Part shown: positions 39,012-48,497 of the stretch, in pieces | Numbering within the stretch: position 1 is the first letter of the stretch | How the letters are laid out: every line of letters starts with the position of its first letter | NCBI GenBank assembly: GCA_019661865.1 | Contig: JAIFWJ010000001.1 | Span: 110,809-174,808, forward strand | Length of the DNA: 64,000 bases | Source of the DNA: Candidatus Parcubacteria bacterium | GTDB taxonomy: Bacteria; Patescibacteriota; Minisyncoccia; Phycocordibacterales; Zambryskibacteraceae | Reading direction: 5' to 3' | Program-made: the position numbers and the translations under genes | The notes under the pieces: model-generated | The model's database searches: none | Told to the model about the DNA's origin: nothing | Seen by the model: only the letters and a program-made list of their open reading frames with translations

Positions 39012-41831
39012 TTATAACACAATATTGACAAGCCTGCCAGGGACTACCACTATGCGCTGTGGAGTGGCTCCGTTAAGCCATTTTTTCACTTCTGGGATAT
39101 CTAATGCAAGGGTCTTGACCTGACTTTCGTCTGTGCTCTTATCCAGAACGATAGTTGCTCGAGTTTTACCATTTACTTGCACAACGATGGTTACATCCTT
39201 CCCCTCGAGCTTCTTTTCATCGAATTCTGGCCAACTCTCAGTATGAATTGAATTTTTCTCCCCGATGCTCGACCAGAGTTCCTCTGTCACATGTGGTGCA
39301 AAGGTCGCTAACAACTTAAGAATAACCTTATACTCCATGGAGGATATAAAACTTTGTTTCTCTACACTATTAACATGAATCATAAGCGTAGAAATTGCCG
39401 TATTGAAGTTCATGGTCTCAATGTCATCCGAGACTTTTTTAATCGTTTGGTTTAGATGAATAATACTCTCCTCCGAGATCCGAACCTTGTCCGTCGAAAC
39501 CTTATCCTTCAATTTCCAAACTCTCTCAATAAACCTATATGGTCCCACAAGTGCATCCTCACTCCAGGCTATAGCTTGATCGAAGGGTCCCATAAACATT
39601 TCATACAGGCGCAATGTATCTGCACCGAAGCGCTTCACTATAGTGTCCGGATTTATGACATTCCCTTTGGACTTACTCATCTTCTCTCCCCCTTCGGCGA
39701 GTATTAGCCCATGAGACGTGCGCTTCTTGTACGGCTCATCTGTGGGTACGAGCTTAAGATCATATAAAAACTTATTCCAGAATCTGGAGTAGAGGAGATG
39801 GAGAGTAGTATGTTCCATGCCACCGTTGTACCAGTCCACAGGCATCCAATACTTGAGAGCCTTTTTCGATGCGAACTCCTTATCATTCTCTGGATCTGCA
39901 TATCTTAAGAAGTACCAAGAAGAGCCCGCCCAGTTCGGCATAACATCTGTCTCTCGCTTGGCGGGACTCTCACACTTGGGACACTTCACATTTACCCAAG
40001 TTTCTACATTAGCAAGTGGTGACTCGCCATCTGGACCTGGTTCGTACTTCTCCACTACTGGAAGCTCCACTGGTAAGTCGCTCTCTGGTACTGGTACAAC
40101 ACCACACTTCTCACAGAGGATGACGGGTATGGGCTCGCCCCAATATCTCTGGCGTGAGAAGACCCAATCGCGGAGTTTAAACTTAGTGACGAGTGTGCCA
40201 CCTGCGAATTTAATAATGTCTTTATAAACTTCTTTAGAAGTTTTACCATCGAACTTTCCAGAATTAGTAAGTATGCCAGTACCAGTGTATGGTTTATTCC
40301 GGATAAATTTCTGAAACAAAAGCGCATGATTCTCATCCACCACCTTCTGTTCTGCTTCATCTTTCGATAACCAGTGAACAGTAAAAAGATTCTTCTCATT
40401 CTCCTCCAACTTCTGATCATCCTTCTCTTCGTCTATAAGCTTAAAGTGGACTCCTGTGACTTCAATATTACGAGCAACATTTTTAGAAAAAGCGAAGTAA
40501 TGATGGTGACTCTTACCAGCAACCTGAACCACTTTCAAATTTTTATATCCTGTCTCTTCTTTAATCTCGCGAATTGCAGCTTCGACTGGATCTTCATCAC
40601 CTTCTAATCCTCCACCGATAAACAGAATTCCTCCATACTTCGGAGTCCAATCAAGTGCAAGAATCTTTCCGGTTTTCGGATTCTCGACTATTGCCACAAT
40701 GCTGTTTCTTAACTGCTCATCAGGTAGCACTTCTCCAGTAACAGGCTCAATAACCTCTCGTATAGGCAGTTTAAATTTAGTGGCAAATTCAAAATCACGC
40801 TCATCGTGTGCAGGTACGGCCATGATGGCACCTGTTCCGTAATTCGGCAGTACATAATCTGCAATCCATACAGGAATCTTTTCCTTAGTGGCAGGATTTA
40901 TGGCTTCGAAACCTTGGATCTCTACACCAGTCTTCTCCTTACCTTCTGACACGCGGTCAATCTCGGCCTTGTTCTTGGTTTTACTTATATAATCTTCAAC
41001 CTCACCATAATTCTTTATGGCAAGGTTACTAAGGATGAGTGGGTGTTCTGGTGCCAGTACAAGGTATGTGGCGCCGAAGATAGTATCTGGTCTGGTGGTG
41101 AAAATTTTCACCGACTTCCCGGTAGTGAGGTCAAATTCAATTTCCGCACCTTCGCTTCTCCCAATCCAGTTCTTCTGGCTTAACTTAATGCGTTCAGAAT
41201 AATCCAATCCTTCGAGATCTTTCTCCAGTCTGTCGGCATACTTAGTTATGGCAAGCATCCATTGCTCCTTCTCGCGCTTCTCCACAGTAGTACCGCAGCG
41301 CTCACACTTACCGTTTATCACTTCTTCGTTAGCAAGACCAATCTTGTCTTTCGGGCACCAATTTATAAATTGTTTATCCTTATATGCTAGACCTTTTTCT
41401 AGAAATTTAAGAAATATCCACTGAGTCCACTTGTAGTACTTCGGATCTGTAGTATTAATCTCCCGCGACCAGTCGAAGGAAAGTCCGAGGGACTTGAACT
41501 GCTCACGGAAGTTATCGGTATTCTCCTTAGTTACTACTCTCGGATCCTTACCAGTCTTAAGAGCGTAGTTTTCTGTTGGGAGTCCGAAGGCGTCCCAGCC
41601 TATAGGAAACATTACATTGAAACCCTGCATCCTACGTTTCCTAGAGATAATATCCATGGCCGTGTAGCCGCGCACATGCCCAGTATGAAGACCATCACCG
41701 GATGGATACGGGAATTCCATAAGTGAGTAGTACTTTTCTCTCTTATCTCCTGTTTTGGATTCGTAGAGTTTTTCTTCCTCCCACTTTTTCTGCCATCTGG
41801 ACTCTATTTCTTGATAGTTATACTCCGACAT
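39012..41831 (-). CDS. leuS: Leucyl-tRNA synthetase with inserted Nudix domain
   Basis: FPYPSG-GLH-GH, FTTRPDT editing domain, DWVFSRQRYWG, KMSKS; Nudix box insertion. Confidence 0.96.
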   Translation of the reverse strand: MSEYNYQEIESRWQKKWEEEKLYESKTGDKREKYYSLMEFPYPSGDGLHTGHVRGYTAMDIISRKRRMQGFNVMFPIGWDAFGLPTENYALKTGKDPRVVTKENTDNFREQFKSLGLSFDWSREINTTDPKYYKWTQWIFLKFLEKGLAYKDKQFINWCPKDKIGLANEEVINGKCERCGTTVEKREKEQWMLAITKYADRLEKDLEGLDYSERIKLSQKNWIGRSEGAEIEFDLTTGKSVKIFTTRPDTIFGATYLVLAPEHPLILSNLAIKNYGEVEDYISKTKNKAEIDRVSEGKEKTGVEIQGFEAINPATKEKIPVWIADYVLPNYGTGAIMAVPAHDERDFEFATKFKLPIREVIEPVTGEVLPDEQLRNSIVAIVENPKTGKILALDWTPKYGGILFIGGGLEGDEDPVEAAIREIKEETGYKNLKVVQVAGKSHHHYFAFSKNVARNIEVTGVHFKLIDEEKDDQKLEENEKNLFTVHWLSKDEAEQKVVDENHALLFQKFIRNKPYTGTGILTNSGKFDGKTSKEVYKDIIKFAGGTLVTKFKLRDWVFSRQRYWGEPIPVILCEKCGVVPVPESDLPVELPVVEKYEPGPDGESPLANVETWVNVKCPKCESPAKRETDVMPNWAGSSWYFLRYADPENDKEFASKKALKYWMPVDWYNGGMEHTTLHLLYSRFWNKFLYDLKLVPTDEPYKKRTSHGLILAEGGEKMSKSKGNVINPDTIVKRFGADTLRLYEMFMGPFDQAIAWSEDALVGPYRFIERVWKLKDKVSTDKVRISEESIIHLNQTIKKVSDDIETMNFNTAISTLMIHVNSVEKQSFISSMEYKVILKLLATFAPHVTEELWSSIGEKNSIHTESWPEFDEKKLEGKDVTIVVQVNGKTRATIVLDKSTDESQVKTLALDIPEVKKWLNGATPQRIVVVPGRLVNIVL

Positions 41832-42363
41832 TTCTAAACTTTTTCATTGCTACCCAGAAGAGGAGCGCCAGGGCAATGAGAAGAATCACGACGCGGATGA
41901 GATCGTTGGCCGCACTCCAGTAACGCAAAGATGCAATGACAAAGGAGAGCACTCCGGCAAGAGCTAAACCTTGTGATATGACATCATTACCCTTGAAGAA
42001 GTTACCAGCAAACACTATCAGTGCACCGAGAAGTACGAGAATGACGAAGACGTTTCTATTATATGAATTGTTAGAGGTTTCGAACTGTTGTCTGCACGTG
42101 AACTGCAGATCACAGTATCCGGCTGGCTCTGTGAATCCAGCTGGAGTGGGCTTCGTATAGTATGCGTTTTCTGTCCACTGGCCACCCTTGGTAGTACATT
42201 CATTCTGAGTCTTGGGCTGCGTCACTATTTGCTCCGCTGGACAGAAGTTGTTGTACTCGGGTGACTTATAGACAAGTGAGAGTGCGTAATTAAAGAAAAG
42301 ATTAGTAACGATGATAATGCCTAATATAACTGACCACTTGAGGATTCTGGGTTGTGTATTCAT
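41818..42363 (-). CDS. Hypothetical 4-TM membrane protein with Cys-containing external loop
   Basis: Hydrophobic helices; C...C-GG-W...YCD-C loop. Confidence 0.7.
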   Translation of the reverse strand: MNTQPRILKWSVILGIIIVTNLFFNYALSLVYKSPEYNNFCPAEQIVTQPKTQNECTTKGGQWTENAYYTKPTPAGFTEPAGYCDLQFTCRQQFETSNNSYNRNVFVILVLLGALIVFAGNFFKGNDVISQGLALAGVLSFVIASLRYWSAANDLIRVVILLIALALLFWVAMKKFRNVGV

Positions 42364-42425
42364 ACATCTAGCTTATAGCCTGGGAGATAAAAAGCAAAGA
42401 GCTTTAACAAAAAGACTAGCTTACG

Positions 42426-42731
42426 CTAGTCTCGAGACTTGAGCTCACGAAACCTCTCCAGAGCTTCCGAAATGACTATTCTCCTTGGCGTTCTGGGCCA
42501 ACGACCAGCCCGTTTCAAAACTAGAAGAAGTAGCTCCAGATCATGACTGACACACGTGCATGAGTTGGGAAGAGGTTCTCTTCCGTCGCCGCGTCCGATC
42601 CACGGACATTCTGCAGATGCCTCTCCATGCTTCATCAGAAGCTTATATAACCTATCGAATGCGGCCTTGATTTCTTTGGGCTTCTTTGCACGCTGAAGAA
42701 TGAAGTCAGGATGATGTCTGTTCCGAGTCAT
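42426..42731 (-). CDS. Hypothetical protein (Cys/His cluster)
   Basis: 101 aa; GGGGG before ATG; H..C..CTC..H. Confidence 0.55.
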   Translation of the reverse strand: MTRNRHHPDFILQRAKKPKEIKAAFDRLYKLLMKHGEASAECPWIGRGDGREPLPNSCTCVSHDLELLLLVLKRAGRWPRTPRRIVISEALERFRELKSRD

Positions 42732-42866
42732 TTATCCCCCATGATGTTCTTCGGACACTATACGCAGTTATATCTTAAACTCTATGACACTACTATCTTC
42801 ACATTACCAAATATTTATGGTAACGTGAAGCTAGTTTTGAACCACTAACAACAGAGGAGATTTACC

Positions 42867-43139
42867 ATGAATGCTCCGGGAGCAATTACGAAATTGATTC
42901 CGTACGCCTATGGTTGGTCACAACCACGATTTGCATTCATCAAGCAGGGTTCAGTTTTCTACGAAACCTGCGCGTCTAGTAATGCGGGCGGAAGCTCACA
43001 CACTATCTCTTTCCCCGTTAATATCGACGGAAAAACCTTGTCTGTTGTGGACCAATGGGAGAACTTGGCAGATGATGCAGTACAAGCTGTGAAGAATAAA
43101 ACAATTCGTTATAGCGAGTTCACCAGCAGCCACTGGTAA
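42867..43139 (+). CDS. Hypothetical protein
   Basis: AGGAG SD; TTCACA-N17-TAACGT promoter; terminator ATAGACCTCA-TC-TGAGGTCTAT downstream. Confidence 0.65.
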   Translation: MNAPGAITKLIPYAYGWSQPRFAFIKQGSVFYETCASSNAGGSSHTISFPVNIDGKTLSVVDQWENLADDAVQAVKNKTIRYSEFTSSHW

Positions 43140-43185
43140 CACTTCAAACCATTAGATAGACCTCATCTGAGGTCTATTTTCATGT

Positions 43186-44007
43186 TTAAATTAAGAACTC
43201 AATGACGTCACCATCTTTCACAATGTATTCCTTACCCTCGGTGCGTACCCAGCCCTTGGCACGTGCAGCGGCGTAGGATCCGGCTTCCATGAGCTTGTCG
43301 TAGGATATAACTTCAGCACGGATAAACTTATCTTGAAAGTCAGTGTGGATGGACTTGCCTGCCTCTGGTGCAGTGGCGTTTCTCTTAGTAGTCCAGGCGC
43401 GGCTCTCCTTCTCTCCAGTAGTGAAGAATGTAATGAGATCGAGAAGCTCGTACGATTTCTTAATAAGATTCTCTAAACCAGTTCCGAAGATCGGATCAAC
43501 TTCCACATATGGCCCTGGGAGTTTAGGAATTACCTCTCTTACATTTTTCTCACTTGCTTCTGAAGTATTAAGTACATACAGAGTAGGTTTATTGATACCG
43601 CCTAATTCAAGTTCAAGATTTATAACTTCAATATCAAATAATGGATCAACCTTCCCCGCTACATGGATGATGGCATCATCCTCGAAGATTCTTACTACTT
43701 CTGCCACGGCATCCACCTCGCGTATATGTGAAAGAAATTTATTACCTAGCCCCTCGCCTTGACTCGCTCCCTTCACAAGTCCTGCAATGTCCACGAACTC
43801 CACCACAGCGGGTATCTGCTTTTTCGACTTACTCATCTCGGCCAAATTATCCAGACGCGTATCTGGCACAGGTACGATGCCTACTGATGGGTCTATGGTG
43901 CAGAAAGGGTAGTTCTCTGCCGGTACAGACTTCTTGGTAAGTGCATTAAAAAGTGTGGACTTCCCCACATTCGGCAGACCCACAATTCCTACAGAAAGCT
44001 TCGACAT
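43186..44007 (-). CDS. ychF: Obg-family ATPase YchF (shortened)
   Basis: [26 protein letters not shown] domain with EGKEY-V-DGD; start at MSKLS 44007. Confidence 0.93.
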   Translation of the reverse strand: MSKLSVGIVGLPNVGKSTLFNALTKKSVPAENYPFCTIDPSVGIVPVPDTRLDNLAEMSKSKKQIPAVVEFVDIAGLVKGASQGEGLGNKFLSHIREVDAVAEVVRIFEDDAIIHVAGKVDPLFDIEVINLELELGGINKPTLYVLNTSEASEKNVREVIPKLPGPYVEVDPIFGTGLENLIKKSYELLDLITFFTTGEKESRAWTTKRNATAPEAGKSIHTDFQDKFIRAEVISYDKLMEAGSYAAARAKGWVRTEGKEYIVKDGDVIEFLI

Positions 44008-44068
44008 TGACAGTATGTAATTAAGCTCGTATTGTAACTGAAGACACCAAACCTCACAAGGAGACCCC

Positions 44069-44476
44069 ATGTGTTCTCGAGACCTCATGAGTCATGCGGA
44101 GATTATGGCTGAACGCGTTAGTGACATCAGGCGCTTCACTCTAGAGACTCGCCCTGCTTACAAGGGAGTCCAGGTTCGCATCGACACTCATCACGGGAGA
44201 AGATACTTTCGTAAAAGAACTTTTCAGACCCTTGCTGGTCCGATAGATACTACTGAGATTACCTTGCCCAGGGGTGCTAAAGTTGCCTTCACTGAACTCC
44301 CTGACAATGTGCGTCGACAGTTCCGCCTTCGGGCTCGAGAACCTGTAGCCAAGGTGATCAAACGTGGACTGGAGACTGGATTTCTCTTCGGAGCTGCGGG
44401 CATGGGATACTTCTTTCCTCTTCGCCAAGATGTGCAGATAGCTTTTGAAGTCAGAACTTTGCCTCGCGGATATTAA
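44069..44476 (+). CDS. Hypothetical protein
   Basis: TTGACA(44007)-N17-TATTGT promoter, AGGAG SD, CGCGGAT..ATCCGCG-TTTTT terminator. Confidence 0.65.
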   Translation: MCSRDLMSHAEIMAERVSDIRRFTLETRPAYKGVQVRIDTHHGRRYFRKRTFQTLAGPIDTTEITLPRGAKVAFTELPDNVRRQFRLRAREPVAKVIKRGLETGFLFGAAGMGYFFPLRQDVQIAFEVRTLPRGY

Positions 44477-44546
44477 TCCGCGTTTTTATTTGACAATAAT
44501 TCCATCCGGGCTAAGGTTATGTATGGAAGCTCATTCAGGAGGTAAT

Positions 44547-44930
44547 ATGCCAAGGTACAGAGGTCTGTCCATATCAAGCAAACTCACCATTCTGGTAGTT
44601 ATCGGAGTCGTTCTGGTGACGGCCTTCTCAAGACGGGTCCGGCATGAGATAGAGGCCACAGCTGTACCGCAGATGAAGGATCTCCTCGCGCAGATGGTTC
44701 CGCTCGAACAAGATTATGCCCAACAGTACGGAGCATTTACCAAGAACCTTAGGTTCCTTGGTAAGCTTGACTCTATCTCTCGTGCACAAGGCATCACTCT
44801 TGTAGTCGACTCCCTCAACTTCGACGGATGGCGAGGTTACGCGACCAGCACAAACATTAATCTAAGATGTCGCGTGGAGGTAGGTAGTTACGCCGTGAAT
44901 GGTACTCCCACCATACCAGTTTGTTTCTAG
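44547..44930 (+). CDS. Type IV pilin-like protein with degenerate prepilin motif
   Basis: GGAGG SD; MPRYRG then hydrophobic helix, MKD-L..Q-Y, GW-G-AT, C...P-C disulfide-loop end. Confidence 0.6.
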   Translation: MPRYRGLSISSKLTILVVIGVVLVTAFSRRVRHEIEATAVPQMKDLLAQMVPLEQDYAQQYGAFTKNLRFLGKLDSISRAQGITLVVDSLNFDGWRGYATSTNINLRCRVEVGSYAVNGTPTIPVCF

Positions 44931-44965
44931 GTTTTATAACCGCCAGTAACATGTGCGGTTTTTAT

Positions 44966-45667
44966 TTATCCTTTCATGCCTACTGTACCGGGGGGTATAT
45001 CTTTCGAAGTGCCTTTAGAAACTTCTGGCATGGGATGTGACTTTAAGAGCCTAGCAAAATAATTTAAGTTATAACTCATGACTTCAGCCATGTTCTTAAT
45101 AGGCTTGGACTTTTCTAACTGCTCCATAAGTTCTTCCTTATTCTTCGGATAATTACCAAGATAAGAAAGAGAGGGTGCAGGCGGAACAGTCAGCCCATTC
45201 CATGAAAAGAAGCCTGCGATCTGTCCGATAATATGCTCTGCACCATCTTCAGCTCCACTTATGACCATACCTCCAATTTTATTGGCTAACTCTGACTTGC
45301 CTGTCTCTAGAAGCTCATCATTGAGAGCATCCATACGTTCTATCACTCTCTGGATCAAGGAAGAGTATGTCCCCCACCATATAGGAGTAGCGAAGATTAA
45401 AATATCAGCAGCCAAAACTTTCTTTAAAACTTCTGGCCATTCGTCGCCCTCTCCCTCGTCGCTCTCGACCCCAGGTTTTAAATTATATTCAACTAGATCG
45501 ACGATTTCACATTTACAGTCATGTGTTTCAAAATGCTTCTCCAGAAACTCACACATTGTACGAGTATGAGAAAACTGATTACTTCTTTTAAGTGTTCCGC
45601 ACAGCATTATGACCTTGATCTCACCTTCGGCGATCATGAAGCTTAAGACGAGGTTCACTACCTCCAC
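44966..45667 (-). CDS. Flavodoxin-like NADPH-dependent FMN reductase (start may be 45637)
   Basis: ADILIFATPIWWG, IERMD. Confidence 0.85.
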   Translation of the reverse strand: MEVVNLVLSFMIAEGEIKVIMLCGTLKRSNQFSHTRTMCEFLEKHFETHDCKCEIVDLVEYNLKPGVESDEGEGDEWPEVLKKVLAADILIFATPIWWGTYSSLIQRVIERMDALNDELLETGKSELANKIGGMVISGAEDGAEHIIGQIAGFFSWNGLTVPPAPSLSYLGNYPKNKEELMEQLEKSKPIKNMAEVMSYNLNYFARLLKSHPMPEVSKGTSKDIPPGTVGMKG

Positions 45668-45673
45668 TTACTC

Positions 45674-46273
45674 TTAGACTGCTCTTCGTCCGTAGTTGTA
45701 GACAATACGTTTGATCCGATTTCTCCACCACATACCCAAGCTTAGCCACCCACTGTGCTTGAAGTATCCAAACTGCTTTTTACTAACCTTAAAACCAGCG
45801 AAGCCCAATATACCCTTGCGCAATTCGTTGGTCGTGTCTCCGAAGATGATTCTCTGAGCTAGAGGGATGGAGTCGGAGGTAATGATGATCCGAGCTGTCT
45901 TACCTTTCAGTAGCTTCTCCCATGTGAAGTCGCCAGTGAAGTGGAATGCGAAGCGCGGCATCCAAGAGCGATCGAAGAGACCCTTGAGTAAGGCAGGCAT
46001 AGTAGACCACCAGGAAGGATAGATAATAACGAAATGATCAGCCCATTTAATATTTTCCTGGAAAGCAAGTATGTCAGGCTCGTACTCTTGTATGACTTTG
46101 TAGCCCTTATGGAGTATGGGATCGAACTTCATATCACCTATATTCATCCTTCGCACCTCGTGACCTGCCTCAGTTGCCCCTCTTTCATACTCTCCTGCCA
46201 AGGTATTATTAAATGAATCAGTGTCTGGATGGCCTAGAAGGATAAAAACTTTTTTCTTCTTTGTACCGAACAT
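45674..46273 (-). CDS. NAD(P)H:quinone oxidoreductase (flavodoxin_2 fold)
   Basis: GHP-SFN, WADH-YP-WW-MPALLKG-FDR. Confidence 0.88.
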   Translation of the reverse strand: MFGTKKKKVFILLGHPDTDSFNNTLAGEYERGATEAGHEVRRMNIGDMKFDPILHKGYKVIQEYEPDILAFQENIKWADHFVIIYPSWWSTMPALLKGLFDRSWMPRFAFHFTGDFTWEKLLKGKTARIIITSDSIPLAQRIIFGDTTNELRKGILGFAGFKVSKKQFGYFKHSGWLSLGMWWRNRIKRIVYNYGRRAV

Positions 46274-46303
46274 ATACTTATATACTACAACAGGCGGCTG
46301 AAT

Positions 46304-46534
46304 TTATTGCATCAACCTTTGGAACTCACTCTGGTGAGAACGCATCACCTCCATAGCAGCTTCCATTTCCCCCTTGCCTTGCTTCTTCTTGGCCTCGATC
46401 TCCTCCCCAATTTTTTTAAAGAAGTCTGGATTCTTCTCCATCATCTCCATGATCATCTTCTGCTGTGCGGGAGGCATGCCCTTGAGCTTACTCTTGAGCA
46501 TCTGCTTCATGAAGAAATTTTGTATCTTTCCCAT
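46304..46534 (-). CDS. Small Met/Lys-rich helical protein
   Basis: 76-aa ORF co-oriented with neighbours. Confidence 0.7.
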   Translation of the reverse strand: MGKIQNFFMKQMLKSKLKGMPPAQQKMIMEMMEKNPDFFKKIGEEIEAKKKQGKGEMEAAMEVMRSHQSEFQRLMQ

Positions 46535-46590
46535 ACGAAAAGTATTAGTAGAAGTACTATTATAAGCTGGCTATTGAATTTTTCAAACGC

Positions 46591-46755
46591 TTAGGCTTGA
46601 GCCTTAGGGAGAATTTTGTACATTCCTGTACCGCAGACAGTGCAGATACCCTTAGCAGCTGGACGTCCAGGCTTGATCTCAACCTTCTGAACATCCTTCA
46701 TTTCACGCTTAGTCTTGCACTTAACACAGTAACCTATGATTTTGTTGTCATCCAT
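46591..46755 (-). CDS. Small zinc-ribbon protein (DUF5679-like)
   Basis: Not in ORF track: MDDNKIIGYCVKCKTKREM...KGICTVCGTGMYKILPKAQA, two CxxC. Confidence 0.85.
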   Translation of the reverse strand: MDDNKIIGYCVKCKTKREMKDVQKVEIKPGRPAAKGICTVCGTGMYKILPKAQA

Positions 46756-46895
46756 AATGTTTATATTTTAACCCTTGAAGTATACACAAATAATGGTCTT
46801 GTGGGAATCCACACCATATCCCCTGTGGATTAGTCAAATTTTATCAATTTTTCACTCCTGTGATACTCTAGTCTCAGACCCTTTCCTGGAGCCGT

Positions 46896-47207
46896 ATGTC
46901 TGACAACTTAAATCGCATAAGCATTGGAGATAGGATCAGCGGAGTAGTAGTATCGGTTGCCGAGGTTAGCTGGCTTAACCGGCCGTGGATTGATTACGAC
47001 AAACGCAGGTCTTGTTCGTACTATCTAGACAAAGAGAAGGGGCGACAACTTGTACGTGAGAAAAACTCTGATCACAAGCAACGAGCGTTAATTGCTGATT
47101 GGCTTGCAATCCGTCTCGATTACGGGAGATACCTGCTTCTGGACTATCACCACCGACATATTATTGAAATTTCAGATCTACCTGAGATTAGCGCCATACA
47201 AGACTAG
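46896..47207 (+). CDS. Hypothetical protein
   Basis: GGAG SD; ACTAGACA-C-TGTCTAGT plus T-run terminator over the stop. Confidence 0.6.
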   Translation: MSDNLNRISIGDRISGVVVSVAEVSWLNRPWIDYDKRRSCSYYLDKEKGRQLVREKNSDHKQRALIADWLAIRLDYGRYLLLDYHHRHIIEISDLPEISAIQD

Positions 47208-47226
47208 ACACTGTCTAGTTTTTTTG

Positions 47227-47299
47227 TGGACCCTAGCGGATTCGAACCGCTGACCTCCTCATTGCAAATGAGGCGCTCTACCAACTAAGCTAAGGGCCC
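47227..47299 (-). tRNA. tRNA-Ala(TGC)
   Basis: Cloverleaf GGGCCCT/AGGGTCC with G3:U70; anticodon stem CCTCA/TGAGG; CCA not encoded. Confidence 0.96.
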
Positions 47300-47357
47300 G
47301 TAGTACACCACATTACTGGACAAATGGCTCAAAATCAAGAAAAATATGGGCCTTAGG

Positions 47358-47428
47358 GGGCCTATAGTATAGCGGTAGAACGGTTCCATGGCATGGAACA
47401 GGTCGGGGTTCAACTCCCCGTAGGTCCA
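47358..47428 (+). tRNA. tRNA-Ala(GGC)
   Basis: GGGCCTA/TAGGTCC acceptor stem with G3:U70; anticodon GGC; TTCAA T-loop. Confidence 0.93.
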
Positions 47429-47439
47429 CAGGGCATATT

Positions 47440-47513
47440 GGGCGATTAGCTCAGCTGGTTAGAGCGTACGATTCACATTCGTAAGGTCACAGGTCCGATT
47501 CCTGTATCGCCCA
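47440..47513 (+). tRNA. tRNA-Val(CAC)
   Basis: GGGCGAT/ATCGCCC acceptor stem; TACGA-TTCACAT-TCGTA anticodon arm; T-loop TCCGATT. Confidence 0.92.
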
Positions 47514-47582
47514 CAAATTGTAATTTTCTACACACTCTTCTGCCAGAAGATATCCTGCTCCTCCTTTCGAATGATCTATTAG

Positions 47583-48485
47583 TTAGTGTGCGAGGGAGAT
47601 AATATGATGTATATAATTCTGCATTGGTACACCGACATGAGCGAGGGAATGCACAAGTGGGGACTCTTCATGGAACTTTGGGGATGAGTTGGTTTCTAAT
47701 ATATAAATATGCCCTCGTGGAGTAACGACAAAGTCTGACTCAGAGTAATGTCTAAGCCCGAGAGCCTTATGTGCTATGCGAGACATGTCCTCAATGCTCT
47801 TATGTATATGTGTGCTGAAAGAGGTTGGGTGTGGCATAAATGCATAAAGCTTTTCTCCTCTGAAGTTCTCAAGGATTCCACAACTCGCATCTTTACCCAT
47901 TACCTTTTCTTCAACTAGAACTTTATTTGAATGAGTTAAAGCATGTTTTATTCCCTCTTTCAGTTCATGAAATGTATGAGCGACCTTCATACCTATTGAA
48001 GATCCAGCTGTTGCAGGTTTTATAATTACTGGATGCAGATAATTTCTAAATATATATATAAGATGATCGTCATTTACATCACCCCTAATAAGTTCGTGCG
48101 AAGGAGTGAGGAGTCCATGACTTTTATAAACTTCTTTAGCCATGTCTTTATTCATAGCTAGTGCTGATGCTACAGCACGAGAACCCGTATACGGAATGTT
48201 AAGAGAGCTAAGAAGTCTTTGCACTTGACCATCTTCACCATAAGCACCATGCAGAGCATTAAAGACCACATCTATCCCATGTAGTGCTCTGTATGGAAGA
48301 GCTTCTGCCCCACGCAGGTGCCACTGACCATCGTGAGAGATAAATATATCTACCGGCTCGTATTTATCTGGCATGTCTCGGAGTATAGAAAGTACATGAC
48401 CACCAGTCTTAAGAGAGACATCGTACTCTGGTGATGGTCCACCACGCAGTACTGCTACACGGAGTTTAGGAGCGAACTCTGACAT
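47583..48485 (-). CDS. ddl: D-alanine--D-alanine ligase
   Basis: GG-S-EY-VSL, ALHG-YGEDG, YTGS, KP-GSSIG, LETN-P. Confidence 0.92.
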   Translation of the reverse strand: MSEFAPKLRVAVLRGGPSPEYDVSLKTGGHVLSILRDMPDKYEPVDIFISHDGQWHLRGAEALPYRALHGIDVVFNALHGAYGEDGQVQRLLSSLNIPYTGSRAVASALAMNKDMAKEVYKSHGLLTPSHELIRGDVNDDHLIYIFRNYLHPVIIKPATAGSSIGMKVAHTFHELKEGIKHALTHSNKVLVEEKVMGKDASCGILENFRGEKLYAFMPHPTSFSTHIHKSIEDMSRIAHKALGLRHYSESDFVVTPRGHIYILETNSSPKFHEESPLVHSLAHVGVPMQNYIHHIISLAH

Positions 48486-48497
48486 GCAAAAATTATA

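Noticed and set aside
46756-46860. Replication origin
   Set aside because: Only imperfect DnaA boxes, no dnaA/dnaN nearby and no lasting strand switch
46896-47299. Integrative element at the tRNA-Ala 3' end
   Set aside because: No integrase and no duplicated tRNA 3' fragment seen
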